Positions 20,145 to 29,638 of a stretch of DNA of 64,000 nucleotides are shown here, in pieces. Both the position numbers and the translations under genes were made by a program. This stretch comes from an uncultured SAR324 cluster bacterium (GTDB lineage: Bacteria; SAR324; NAC60-12), in contig CAJJCY010000002.1 of NCBI GenBank assembly GCA_905182865.1, forward strand, positions 771,040-835,039, given 5' to 3'. Every line of letters begins with the position of its first letter. Position 1 is the stretch's first letter. The notes beneath the pieces are model-generated. The model saw only the letters and a program-made list of their open reading frames with translations, searched no databases and had not been told where the DNA came from.

Positions 20145-20948
20145 ATGAAGAAGTCAGTAAAATTGTTAACTATTATATTTATTGTGATTTTTCTAATGCC
20201 AATAGCATCTTACGCAGACGGAAGAGTTCGCTTTAATTATGGTTTCTCAAGTTCAAATAATAATCCAGAATTGGGATCTAAAACTGTTTCATCCTACCAT
20301 CAGGGTGACGGTACCACGAAGTCCACTGGTGCAGATAAACTAGATTCGCAATCATTCAGCTCTTTTTCAATTCATTATGTCAGTGATTATGGCCTAGATT
20401 TTCTTGGCGGCGGAGAGATTCTTTTGGGAATGTATCAATTCGACAAAAGCTATAAAACAATTATTAATACTACTTCAGTGTGGGTAATAGGTGCAACTCC
20501 CATGGCCGCATCAGGCGAACATCTAGCTACAAGAACAGCATCGGGTACCAGTCGTTCCCTTGATGTAGGATATGTTTATCCAATTGGAGACATGAGTGTC
20601 GGAGGAGGGATTGCACTGCCTATATTAGGGAGTTCTGGAGGATCTGAAGTAGCGTGGACTGCTAAAGGATCTATGATATCTGCCCACACTACGCCGGCTC
20701 AATACGCTGCAGGTACTACTACTGTAGAAAAACTAGATCCTGAAGGGAAATCTTTCACATGTTTTTTCCTTAATTTTGGTTATTCAATTGGTTCCTATGA
20801 AGTACTAGGGGAATATAGGTCTGTTTCATCATCGACTGCCGCACCTCTTGACAAAACTAAAGGCGTAGGCGCATTGCTTGGTGAAAGCGAGCTTACAAGT
20901 GATGGGGAGACAACAACTATTTCTCTCGGAGTTGGATACCGTTTCTAG
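20145..20948 (+). CDS. hypothetical outer-membrane beta-barrel protein
   Basis: AGGAG RBS then MKKSVKLLTIIFIVIFLMPIASYA signal peptide. Gly/Ser/Thr/Tyr-rich alternating pattern. The C-terminal ...ISLGVGYRF ends in an aromatic residue, as in OMP sorting signals. Confidence 0.55.
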   Translation: MKKSVKLLTIIFIVIFLMPIASYADGRVRFNYGFSSSNNNPELGSKTVSSYHQGDGTTKSTGADKLDSQSFSSFSIHYVSDYGLDFLGGGEILLGMYQFDKSYKTIINTTSVWVIGATPMAASGEHLATRTASGTSRSLDVGYVYPIGDMSVGGGIALPILGSSGGSEVAWTAKGSMISAHTTPAQYAAGTTTVEKLDPEGKSFTCFFLNFGYSIGSYEVLGEYRSVSSSTAAPLDKTKGVGALLGESELTSDGETTTISLGVGYRF

Positions 20949-21164
20949 ATTATTAAGTTTCAAGGGCCAGTGGGGAGAGTTTAAATCCCTTTGGCCCTTC
21001 TTCCCTCCTTTTAGTACTCTCATCTCAGAGATCTCAGTATTCTACATAGGGATCAATCGCTCCTGTTATCCTGAATTATGCCTTTTGGAGAGTGGAGAGC
21101 ACTCTCTCTTCATATTTATGTGGATATGGATGTCCATGGACTTTTCATGACCGCCACGCCTTTA

Positions 21165-21485
21165 CTATGGTCGGATACTTTTCGTAACGAAGCCCACTTT
21201 AACTATTTAATTAACACGATATCTTCCAGCACGAATTCCCCTTAATCCTGAAAATCTCTTGCGCTATACCGGAATTTTTCTCGGCACGCTCAGAGTGTAT
21301 ATCCTCGATTTAGTTTAGATGCTTAGTGATCATCCGTATCATTCTGCTAATCCAGCTACATATAAATCTGCATATTCTTTAATATACATTATCAGAGCTT
21401 TCTGGATGTGGAACGACATGGAACGTTCTGTCTCCTGAGCAATTTCATCCATTTCTATGGCAAGGATACTGTGAGTACCTTACAT
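21165..21485 (-). pseudogene. remnant type II toxin-antitoxin pair (RHH antitoxin plus ParE/RelE-like toxin) with several frame breaks
   Basis: Reverse strand reads ..KVLTVSLP / IEMDEIAQETERSMSFHIQKALIMYIKEYADLYVAGLAE* (CopG/RelB-like). An ATGA-overlapping MIRMITKHLN / IEDIHSERAEKNSGIAQEIF... and later GIRAGRYRVN follow, resembling ParE/RelE. Each part is interrupted by stops or shifts. Confidence 0.4.
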
Positions 21486-21689
21486 TATTTAAACGGTAGC
21501 AAAAGAAACTGGGGCTTATGTCTTGGAAGGATATGTTTGAATTTTACTGAAATTAAGGACTTTCGCCTGCCTATCAGGTTGTGGGGCAAGCTTTTCGTGG
21601 GTATGAGACAGGAGAACAAACTCCTATTACAAAAGATTTAAACCTGGTCCGGAGAGATTAAAGAAAGATCAGCAAGAAGAAATAAAAGC

Positions 21690-21728
21690 AAAAAAAAACG
21701 GGACCGCCTGCCGAAGCAAACAATCCCG
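21690..21728 (-). terminator. rho-independent terminator, minus-strand specific
   Basis: On the minus strand: GGGAUUGUUUGC-UUCG-GCAGGCGGUCCC, a 12-bp stem with four G-U pairs and a UUCG loop, followed by U9. On the plus strand the G-U pairs become C-A mismatches. It lies about 57 nt downstream of the putative porin stop. Confidence 0.6.
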
Positions 21729-21784
21729 TTTTATAATATAATCTAGCTTGATAAATATCAGGCAAAAACCTGAATCAAATCAAA

Positions 21785-22912
21785 TTAGAAACTCATGGAC
21801 ATTTCTGCGCCCATTGGTCTGCTGTCCTTGGTAGTGCACCAGTCGTAACTGCGCACTACCATAACCAACAGCTCAGGCTGACTGGTCCAATGGGACAGTG
21901 TACCAAAGTTCAGTTCCACCTAGTATCAGCAGCATCACCAGTGCCTACTGTGTACTGTAGCATGTGAACTAATATTGACTCCAGCTGTTGCGTCTGCCAA
22001 CAGGCATTGTGACACTAATCTCAAAACCAGCTTTGAGCCATAGCGTTTCTGTCTTTCACTTATCAGTTGCAAGAGTCGACTGTTGCCTCATAAGTCTATG
22101 GCAAGATCATCCACCAATGGTACAGCAACACCAAGTCCCATTGTAGTAGAACTGCAGCATTGATGCATTGTCTCCAGTACAACTAGGCTGAGGATGAACT
22201 ACCTGAAGCATAAGTAAAGCTAAGATCGGCACCAACGTCACCAGCGAAGTTCAAACCAAATCCTGTGTTCCTTGCATCCACAAGCGCATTGTCCACAGCG
22301 TTCTTCACCCAAAGACTGTGTCTCCGAATTCATATCCAGAGCAACTGTCAGAGTTCCAGGACCAACACCCAAACCTACGGAAAAACCGTTGAATGAGTCT
22401 ACACGAGCTTCTGCATCAACAGCACCACCCATTGGACCATTTACGGCTTTCTCTGCAGTACTTAAGTGAGCAGCATCACCTAACTTATAGGTGATAGAAC
22501 CATCTGTCAGTGTAATGCGCAGCTGTTACCTCCAGCCGTCATAGGCTGTGCTCCAGCAGTTGACATCTTTCTGCATGTACTGAGAAGTACTTGAGGAAGC
22601 AGTCCAGTTACCGACTTTCTTTGATCCACTAACTGTAACGTATTCATCAAAGTTACCAGCATCACCGTTCCAATCAGCAGTGTAGGAAAACGTTGCTGAA
22701 TTAGCACCGTCTGTTTGAACTTGATACTGTAACTCCACCTGACTAGAAGAAATTAGTTCTATCGCTTGCATCACCACTGCTACCTGCGTTGTCTGTTCTG
22801 TCTTCCACGTTGCAGAAGATGAACCACTTGCACCAAAGTCCCATGCAAACGCAGGGGCTGCAAGTGCAACGGAAGCAACAGCGGCTAACATTATTTTACT
22901 TAATTGTTTCAT
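21785..22912 (-). pseudogene. porin-like outer-membrane protein gene, heavily frame-disrupted after codon 128
   Basis: Intact N-terminus with a signal peptide (MKQLSKIMLAAVASVALAAPAFA). Downstream, OMP-like text (GFSVGLGVGPGTLTVALD, NTGFGLNFAGDVGADLSFTYASG) is scattered over all three frames with stops. The last readable codons are ...MSMSF*, a terminal Phe, followed by the terminator. Confidence 0.45.
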
Positions 22913-22936
22913 AACTCTCCTTAAAATGTTATGAGT

Positions 22937-23365
22937 TTAGTTCGAGATCCAACCATTAGGATCTTCAAACTCAAGATATACGGCTGCTGTAACCACCATG
23001 GTTGTCCAGCCCGTTACGGCTTCAGGAAACACTCCTGAAAACCCGGGGATAAATCCCTTATAGAAGAGAATTGCACCTTCCGGGCCAAATACCGCTGAAC
23101 GTAGAGAGTGATCTGGCGTAAAGTCAGTCCCAGTCTGTCTCTACCACAAAACCAATCTGTCAGCATGACAGGTTGATAGCCTCCTAACTCTTAGATTTTT
23201 CACTTGATGCATGAGCAAAAGCCCTCGAAGCGACTGTTTCTGAGTCAGGCCGCCAGTTGCACACATCGAAGTAATTTGCGATTGAGCTACCCCTCCTGAC
23301 GGTTCAGAATTGCCAATTCCTGTTAAGGAGTTGCTTATCACCGCCAAGGGGTTTCGTTCAAACAT
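22937..23365 (-). pseudogene. hypothetical small protein upstream of the porin-like gene, frame-disrupted
   Basis: MFERNPLAVISNSLTGIGNSEPSGGVAQSQ... (track ORF 23141-23365). A protein-like C-terminus lies in another frame: TDFTPDHSLRSAVFGPEGAILFYKGFIPGFSGVFPEAVTGWTTMVVTAAVYLEFEDPNGWISN*. The stop is 24 nt before the porin ATG, with AAGGAGAG between them. Confidence 0.3.
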
Positions 23366-23669
23366 CTCAGAAAAACCACATAGTTTAGAGACTTACTTAG
23401 GAATTATCGTACTTTTTAGATAAATGTCAAGAAAAAAATCACTATTTTTTGATTATTTTTGCTAAAATCTGTAAAAAAAAGCCTTTTGCTGTTATTTAAG
23501 CTACTATTTTACAACTTCAGTACAGTATAGCATGGTCTGCGCGACTAGTAAATAATACGAATAAATGCTCAATTAATTAATCTCTATCCTTAATTTCTGT
23601 GTTAAAATAATAAATGGTTTAAAAATTATACTAACCAAATTATTAAATTAATAAGCTACAAAGGACAAG

Positions 23670-24617
23670 TTGATTAATTTACTTCTTGATGTAGACACAG
23701 GAATTGATGATGCCCTGGCACTTTTTTATCTGGCAGATGCACAAAAACAAGGTCTGCTGAAAATTCTTGGTAGCACCACTGTCGGCGGAAATGTTGAAGT
23801 TGCACAAACTACTTTGAACACACTCAAAGTCTGGGAAATGCTGGAACTGGAAATTCCTGTTGCTTCCGGAGCAGAAAGTCCTTTGCAGGCACCATTGAAC
23901 GCAGCACCTTTTGTACATGGAGATGACGGTCTGGGAAATACTTTTCTGACGCCGCCAAAAAGATTACCTGTTGATGAGTCGGCTGCAGACATGATATTGA
24001 GACTCAGTCATGAATATTCCGGAGAACTGACTTTGCTCACAACTGCACCCCTGACTAATATTGCCGTGGCCCTGTTGCGTGATCCGGACCTTGCCGATCG
24101 AATCAGGAAGCTGGTGATTATGGGCGGAGCAGTTTTCACTGGAAATGTAACTGCTGTGGCTGAAGCCAACATTGCCAACGATCCCGAAGCAGCACGGATT
24201 GTTTTCCGCTCCGGAATGGAGATGACGCTGGTCGGTCTCGATGTTACTCACGAAGTGTACTGGGAAGAAGCGGATCTGGAACCTTTGATAAACATTAACA
24301 ATGAGCGCTCGGCTTTTTTGCTGCAGATCATTCGATTCATTTCTGGAGCCTACGAAAGTCTTTCCGGCTGGAGGCGCTGTGTTCTCCATGATCCTCTGGC
24401 GGCAGGAGTGTGCCTTTTCCCGGATTTGGTGAAAACCGAAAAACGTTATGTGGATGTAGAGTTGAATGGAGAATTAACCCGCGGAATGACCGTGGTGGAC
24501 CGGCGCGGCAGAACACCTTTAGGTGAGGATAATATGCAGGTGGCGCTAGAAGTTGATGCAGAACGTTTTAAGAAGCAACTCATGCAAAGTCTGCTGGTTT
24601 GGGTTCAGGAAGGATGA
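23670..24617 (+). CDS. nucleoside hydrolase (inosine/uridine-preferring, IUNH family)
   Basis: N-terminal LLLDVDTGIDDALAL (DxDxxxDD calcium/ribose motif), and later VHGDDGLGN and LTNIAVAL. TTG start. Confidence 0.85.
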   Translation: MINLLLDVDTGIDDALALFYLADAQKQGLLKILGSTTVGGNVEVAQTTLNTLKVWEMLELEIPVASGAESPLQAPLNAAPFVHGDDGLGNTFLTPPKRLPVDESAADMILRLSHEYSGELTLLTTAPLTNIAVALLRDPDLADRIRKLVIMGGAVFTGNVTAVAEANIANDPEAARIVFRSGMEMTLVGLDVTHEVYWEEADLEPLININNERSAFLLQIIRFISGAYESLSGWRRCVLHDPLAAGVCLFPDLVKTEKRYVDVELNGELTRGMTVVDRRGRTPLGEDNMQVALEVDAERFKKQLMQSLLVWVQEG

Positions 24618-24685
24618 TGTTTCGGCCGGCGTGTTATCGTCCGACGTGTATAAGAGTGTAAGTGTTGTGAGTAGGGCTTTGATCT

Positions 24686-25594
24686 TCAGGCAGTAAGAAC
24701 AAACTGATTATCATCCATCAACTCCAGTCCGGAACCAACCCAGTCTTCCGGCGAAAATTCCTGCAGAAGTTCAACAACCTCTTTGCGTGCTTCCAGGTCA
24801 ACCGGGGAATAAGGCAACCGGAAAACAGGCTGTGTTGCACCCGTCATGCTCAGGACTGTATTCAGGGCATTTGGGCTGGGAACATGAAAAAGCCAGGACA
24901 TCAGCGGTTGTAAACGGTCATTAAGCATTGGATCATCTGAATCCATCAGGCGCCGCATCAATCCCGGCATTAAATTACTGATCACTGAAATCACTCCGTG
25001 TGAACCATGAAGGTGACGTCCCTCAAAACACTGGTCATCATTTCCTGACCAGCAGGCAATTCCTTTTGACTCATAATGTGCCATCCGTTCGTTTCCTGCA
25101 CACTCTTTGACACCAATCAGGTTTGGATGTTGAGCCAGTTCTTCAATTAATTCCGGCTGCAGATCCTGTCCGGTCCTTCCGGGAACGTTGTAAATTATGG
25201 AAGGCCCCAAATCTAAAACACGCTTAAAATGCTCTCTTAGTCCTGCATCAGAGGTTTTACCGTAATATGGATTTATCTGAAGGGCTGCGTTCATTCCAAA
25301 TGCAAATCCATATTTGGTGCCCTTGATTGCTTCGCGGGTGTTGTTGCTTCCGGTGTTGCCGACTATTGCCAGACGGTCGCCGAATTTGTTTACACTGTGT
25401 GCAATCAGCATCAGATGCTCTTCCCAGTCCATCAAATGACCTTCGCCGGTGGTTCCGCAGACAATCAGGCCCTGCACACCATTTTTTATCTGTGCTTCAA
25501 CCAGAAAGTCATAACTATCCAGATCAACATCTCCATCCAGTTTGTAAGGAGTTTTAATTGCGGTCATCAGACTCGCAGATTTTATTTTTTCCAT
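24686..25594 (-). CDS. dapA: 4-hydroxy-tetrahydrodipicolinate synthase
   Basis: TAIKTPY, GLIVCGTTGEGHLM, VGNTGSNNTREAI, INPYYGKTS, IYNVPGRTGQDL and GVKEC (active-site Lys region) match DHDPS. Confidence 0.9.
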   Translation of the reverse strand: MEKIKSASLMTAIKTPYKLDGDVDLDSYDFLVEAQIKNGVQGLIVCGTTGEGHLMDWEEHLMLIAHSVNKFGDRLAIVGNTGSNNTREAIKGTKYGFAFGMNAALQINPYYGKTSDAGLREHFKRVLDLGPSIIYNVPGRTGQDLQPELIEELAQHPNLIGVKECAGNERMAHYESKGIACWSGNDDQCFEGRHLHGSHGVISVISNLMPGLMRRLMDSDDPMLNDRLQPLMSWLFHVPSPNALNTVLSMTGATQPVFRLPYSPVDLEARKEVVELLQEFSPEDWVGSGLELMDDNQFVLTA

Positions 25595-25746
25595 TTTATG
25601 ATGTTAACTGTTCCAGCCCGAAATACTGTATGTTATTTGATTTTTCTGTTTTTGCTGCAAAAATATATCAAGCAACTAAAGTTTATTAAATATTTGCACA
25701 GTTTACTTTAATCAGCAGAAACGTTCAAGGCAGGCAGAGAAAATAA

Positions 25747-26205
25747 TTATGGAGCTTTTTTAAGGTTGGATTCATAATAACGCGTGTAAAGATTCCCTCG
25801 CTCTGTAAACCGCACCCCATAAACATTGCTCCGCAGTCCCGGACGGAAAAAACTGTTTTCTATCACACCAAGCCACTGATCGGTCAAATGTTTTTTCAAA
25901 ACTATCTGCACACGGTCACCGTCCTGAAATCGAGGGTTGATGGCTTTCGGCATCGGACAGACCTTTTTATAGAGTGATGTGTCTCCATAGCAAATCCACG
26001 AAGCCCGGATGATAATGCCGATACGCTGCGGCCCACCGTTTACCTGAATAAAGTCAGATGGTGAAAAAGAAGTGATGACTTTGCGGGAAGTGTTTACGAT
26101 GCGGTCAAAAACCTCCAGTTCATAGGCACGATACTCGGCAAATGCTGCACTTGAACTCAGCAGCAAAAATACTAAAGTAAAATTAAAGCGAACTATCCGG
26201 TTCAT
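25747..26205 (-). CDS. hypothetical secreted protein
   Basis: 152 aa with signal peptide MNRIVRFNFTLVFLLLSSSAAFA. No family recognised. 4-nt overlap with the upstream pentapeptide-repeat gene. Confidence 0.45.
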   Translation of the reverse strand: MNRIVRFNFTLVFLLLSSSAAFAEYRAYELEVFDRIVNTSRKVITSFSPSDFIQVNGGPQRIGIIIRASWICYGDTSLYKKVCPMPKAINPRFQDGDRVQIVLKKHLTDQWLGVIENSFFRPGLRSNVYGVRFTERGNLYTRYYESNLKKAP

Positions 26206-27107
26206 CGGATTACTCCTTCCAGTTTGGCTCCGTCATATATCGTATCCTGATCCAATACTCCGTTCATGGAAGAACCGTTAAAAATGCTTTTTGAAAAATC
26301 TGCTTTTGTTAAATTTGCATTATCAAGATTTACGTCATTCAACTCTGTTCCACTGGCTTTTGCGTCCATCAATAAAACCTCATTCAAAATGGAAGTATTC
26401 AAACGTGCATTGTTCATTGTTGCAGAAAGGAGTCTGGCCCGGCTCAAGTCACATTCCTGAAGAGAGGCTTCCGAAAAATTGCAAAAATTTAAAATGGAGC
26501 CCTGCATCTGTGATGAATCAAGGTGAGCACCGATGAACTCTGAACCGCTGAAATCTGCATCGGCTGCTTTGAGATCAACGGAACGACAGGCACTGAAATC
26601 ACAGACATGCATTTTTGCTCCACTAAAATTTACTGCAGATAAAGATGTAAATGAAAAATCGCAGAGATCTCCCTTGACGTTAAGCAGTACCGAATCTTTG
26701 ATAAAAGAACCACTAAAATCAATACTATGCATAATTGACTGACGGAAATTTACTTCTATCAGGACACAGTCACGTAAATCTGACTTACTCAGATCGCATT
26801 CTATAAAAGAGGATTCCTGCATGTGGCTGCCGTATATCTCACAATCATCTATAATACATTCTTTAAAGTTAGCAAAAGCAAAATCGGAGCCGTTGAAAGT
26901 ACTTCCAGTAAATTTGCACTTTGTAAAAATTGCTCCCTCAAAATTAAACTTATCAAGATTCAATGCAGTTATATTTACCTCCTTTATTGGAGACCTGCGC
27001 TTTACCAGACGTTCAATTTCTTTTCTGGTGATATCGGCCATTAGTTCGTTTAATATTGATCGGTTATGATACAAAAAAATTCCCGAATCGGAGTTCGGGG
27101 CTTCCAT
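26202..27107 (-). CDS. pentapeptide-repeat protein
   Basis: About 45 consecutive A(D/N)LxX-type pentads (e.g. ANFKECIIDDCEIYGSHMQESSFIECDLSKSDLRDCVLIEVNFRQS...). Confidence 0.85.
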   Translation of the reverse strand: MEAPNSDSGIFLYHNRSILNELMADITRKEIERLVKRRSPIKEVNITALNLDKFNFEGAIFTKCKFTGSTFNGSDFAFANFKECIIDDCEIYGSHMQESSFIECDLSKSDLRDCVLIEVNFRQSIMHSIDFSGSFIKDSVLLNVKGDLCDFSFTSLSAVNFSGAKMHVCDFSACRSVDLKAADADFSGSEFIGAHLDSSQMQGSILNFCNFSEASLQECDLSRARLLSATMNNARLNTSILNEVLLMDAKASGTELNDVNLDNANLTKADFSKSIFNGSSMNGVLDQDTIYDGAKLEGVIR

Positions 27108-27184
27108 CTGATATTTTACTTTTTTGCCTCAGTGCGTCAGTCTCTTTTACAAAGAACAAAAATGACTGCCAGAAACTTAAAAGT

Positions 27185-28846
27185 TCAGGCTGGCATCCTG
27201 AAAAAATATTGCTGGTAGTTTTTCAAAAGCTCTTTGCAGGAGTTAAACTTGATTCCGTTTTCGTCGAAACTATAGGCTTTGTCTGTTGCAGTCGCCGGCA
27301 CATTGAAACGTGAACGGCGTACATTTATTACTGTTCCAGTCAAGATTTTGCCGGTAATGAAAACCACACCTCCATTTGAAATTCTGTTCAAATCTTTTAT
27401 TTCTATGTGGCTTTCTCGTTTTCTTAGATTTGTGAAAGCACTAATAACATTTTTTTCGGCCTCTGTTTCAAATTCACTCAGGGTTTCAATTTTTTCCTCA
27501 TTCCAACCACCATCCTCAAGCTGCTCAAGAATAGTATCAATTTCTGTTAAATTATCCTGCAGAGACTGCAATGATGTATCTGTCAGTTTTTGGAGTTCAT
27601 TAAACTGCTTTCGGTTGTTTGTTGTAATACCAACCTCTAAAATAGTATGGGGCTCACTGTTTTCTTCACTAACTTCGTCGCTTTTAGTATCTTTTGTTCC
27701 AGGCAAACCAACATTCGGCAGCAGAATAAGATTTCCGGCTTGAAGAACACCTCCGTAAACATAACCGTATGGTGCCGTGACCTGGAGAGTTGAACCGCAA
27801 AAAACTTTTGAGTTCAGGACAAAGTCATCTACTAAAAGATGTTCTCCGACATTTGCCTGAGTGTCAGTCATGTCGCTTGTATGAAGCGATCTGCCGCATT
27901 GAACGATGGCACCTTTGATACCATGTGCGACTCGGATTTCACCGAGTGAGCGTAGTCGTGCTTTTCCTACGGAACCTCCAATATCTATCCGTACTGCTTC
28001 CACACTGCAGCGATCAGCAACATTACCCCGTATTTTTACAATTCCGTCAAAACGAAGGTGTCCTGTGGAGGCATCAACTTTATCGACTACTTTTATCTTT
28101 TCCACCGAAATGCTGTCGCTATTTAGACAGACAACTCCGGATTTTGTTGCAATGATATGAGTACCTTCCGGATTGTACCTGGTGTTTCGTCCCGGACGGA
28201 TACGATATTGTTTTCCGGATTTTGCAGTAATCATCTTTCCGGTAATACTATAGCCGTTTTCACCCATTGTGGCCGACATCAACCGTACCAGTTCCTGTCC
28301 TTCTTCTACTTTCTGTAAAACAGGTACCTCTTCAAGTTTTACCGCAGTTCCCAAAGCAGGTCGAGACTTCTCCGGAATAAAAAGCAGTTCCGGATACCCA
28401 TTTTTTCCATGTACAACCGTTTTCCCGCTAGCGACTAAAGCCGGTTCATAAAAAATCTTATCTGCAATAATATTTTTAATATTTTTGCTGCTGATTCCCT
28501 GAAAAATATTTTTCCCCTCGAGAGCAGCAATAATAAGCTCCACCGTCAGAGGATCACCTTCTTCACTTGGAGGAATGATATTTACATAGGCCCTTGACTG
28601 ATCTTCACTGAGTTCAATCTGCAAAGTGTAATCATTAGTTTCTACATCCGACAGGTAATCAAATTCACCGCTTGTTCGATTATATATTTCGAGCAATTGT
28701 TCCGGAACATAGTTCAAGTTCCTCAGGTGAAGTTCTGCCTGAATATCATCCATGTTGGCAGTTTCTGCTCCCACAAGCTGCTCTGGAATACGCAGCATCA
28801 CTTTACCTTCGTTAATCGTAATTTTATATAATTCAGCCTTGGCCAT
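27185..28846 (-). CDS. FapA-family (DUF342) protein
   Basis: 553 aa. The N-terminal domain and central beta-helix-like region with repeated G-x-V/I turns (GHLRFDGIVKIRGNV...GSVGKARLRSLGEIRVAHGIKGAIVQCG) and the C-terminal coiled-coil segment are as remembered for DUF342/FapA. Confidence 0.7.
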   Translation of the reverse strand: MAKAELYKITINEGKVMLRIPEQLVGAETANMDDIQAELHLRNLNYVPEQLLEIYNRTSGEFDYLSDVETNDYTLQIELSEDQSRAYVNIIPPSEEGDPLTVELIIAALEGKNIFQGISSKNIKNIIADKIFYEPALVASGKTVVHGKNGYPELLFIPEKSRPALGTAVKLEEVPVLQKVEEGQELVRLMSATMGENGYSITGKMITAKSGKQYRIRPGRNTRYNPEGTHIIATKSGVVCLNSDSISVEKIKVVDKVDASTGHLRFDGIVKIRGNVADRCSVEAVRIDIGGSVGKARLRSLGEIRVAHGIKGAIVQCGRSLHTSDMTDTQANVGEHLLVDDFVLNSKVFCGSTLQVTAPYGYVYGGVLQAGNLILLPNVGLPGTKDTKSDEVSEENSEPHTILEVGITTNNRKQFNELQKLTDTSLQSLQDNLTEIDTILEQLEDGGWNEEKIETLSEFETEAEKNVISAFTNLRKRESHIEIKDLNRISNGGVVFITGKILTGTVINVRRSRFNVPATATDKAYSFDENGIKFNSCKELLKNYQQYFFRMPA

Positions 28847-28900
28847 TGCTTGAGTGTAGAATGTTGGGTCTTGAGTGGAGGGTGGTGTTGACTTTCGGAC

Positions 28901-29638
28901 TTAATTCGTTAATTGTTTCATTTCCTCCTGACTCAAAGCTCTGCTTTCACCGGACTGCAAGTCACCTAAAGAAACCGTTCCAACCTGGAAGCGCTTAATT
29001 TTTTGCACCGGATAACCTAAGTCTAGAAGCATTTTTTTGATTTGCCGGTTTGTTCCTTCCCTGAGAAAGACTTCAAGCCATGTTTTATCGTTTACAGTAT
29101 GCAGAGTTTTTACCCGTACAGGCTGGTGTTTGCGTTTTTCAATCACCGGTCCTTTCCGCAAAGTTGACAGAGCTGAATTCTCAACGATACCACGTACCTT
29201 AACAAAATAACCTTTCCAAACCTTGTGACGGGGATGCATCAGTTGCTGGGCCAATTCACCGTCGTTGGTCAGTAAAATCAAGCCTTCTGCATCATAATCA
29301 AGCCGTCCTACAGGAAAAAGTCTGGCTGAAGTTCTAGGAAAAAAGTCGCTGATTGTGGTGCGTCCCTCAGGATCGTTGAGGGTCGTGATGCAATTTTTAG
29401 GCTTGTAAAGAGCATATACCTGCGTTTTTTGACCCTGAGGTAATTTTACCCGCCGTCCTTCCACGCTCAAGTGGTCTTTTCCAACGAGCATTTTCTGTCC
29501 CATCTTCAGGACAGTTTGACCATTCAGACTCACTTCGCCGGCCAAAATTAATTTTTCTGCGGCACGTCTTGACGCAATTCCGGCCTGGGCAATAACTTTT
29601 TGGATCCGTACAGGCTCTGCTAAATGAAAATTTTGCAT
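28901..29638 (-). CDS. rluB: 23S rRNA pseudouridine synthase, RsuA/RluB family
   Basis: S4 domain (RIQKVIAQAGIASRRAAEKLILAGEVSLNG) and catalytic GRLDYDAEGLILLTNDGEL motif. Confidence 0.8.
   Translation of the reverse strand: MQNFHLAEPVRIQKVIAQAGIASRRAAEKLILAGEVSLNGQTVLKMGQKMLVGKDHLSVEGRRVKLPQGQKTQVYALYKPKNCITTLNDPEGRTTISDFFPRTSARLFPVGRLDYDAEGLILLTNDGELAQQLMHPRHKVWKGYFVKVRGIVENSALSTLRKGPVIEKRKHQPVRVKTLHTVNDKTWLEVFLREGTNRQIKKMLLDLGYPVQKIKRFQVGTVSLGDLQSGESRALSQEEMKQLTN

Noticed and set aside
22526-22528. A single in-frame TAA separates two long same-frame ORFs of the porin-like gene. I considered stop-codon readthrough or recoding.
   Set aside because: The surrounding 1.1 kb contains many other frame breaks and stops, so this is not a clean single-site event like the Prx TGA. 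It is most simply part of the same damage or error pattern.
22913-23400. A roughly 480-nt apparently non-coding leader upstream of the porin-like gene. It has several hairpins and short resemblances to cobalamin-riboswitch and RNase P motifs (GGAAGGTGCAATTC, GTAAAGTCAG, GGCCAAATACC).
   Set aside because: The motif order does not fit either RNA family. The region translates into convincing protein-like text in shifting frames (e.g. GPEGAILFYKGFIPGFSGVFPEAVTGWTTMVVTAAVYLEFEDPNGWISN*), so it is better explained as a frame-disrupted small CDS.
26202-27107. The pentapeptide-repeat protein as a Qnr/MfpA-type quinolone-resistance determinant.
   Set aside because: Pentapeptide repeats alone do not define Qnr. 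The length and context differ, and no specific Qnr signature was recognised.
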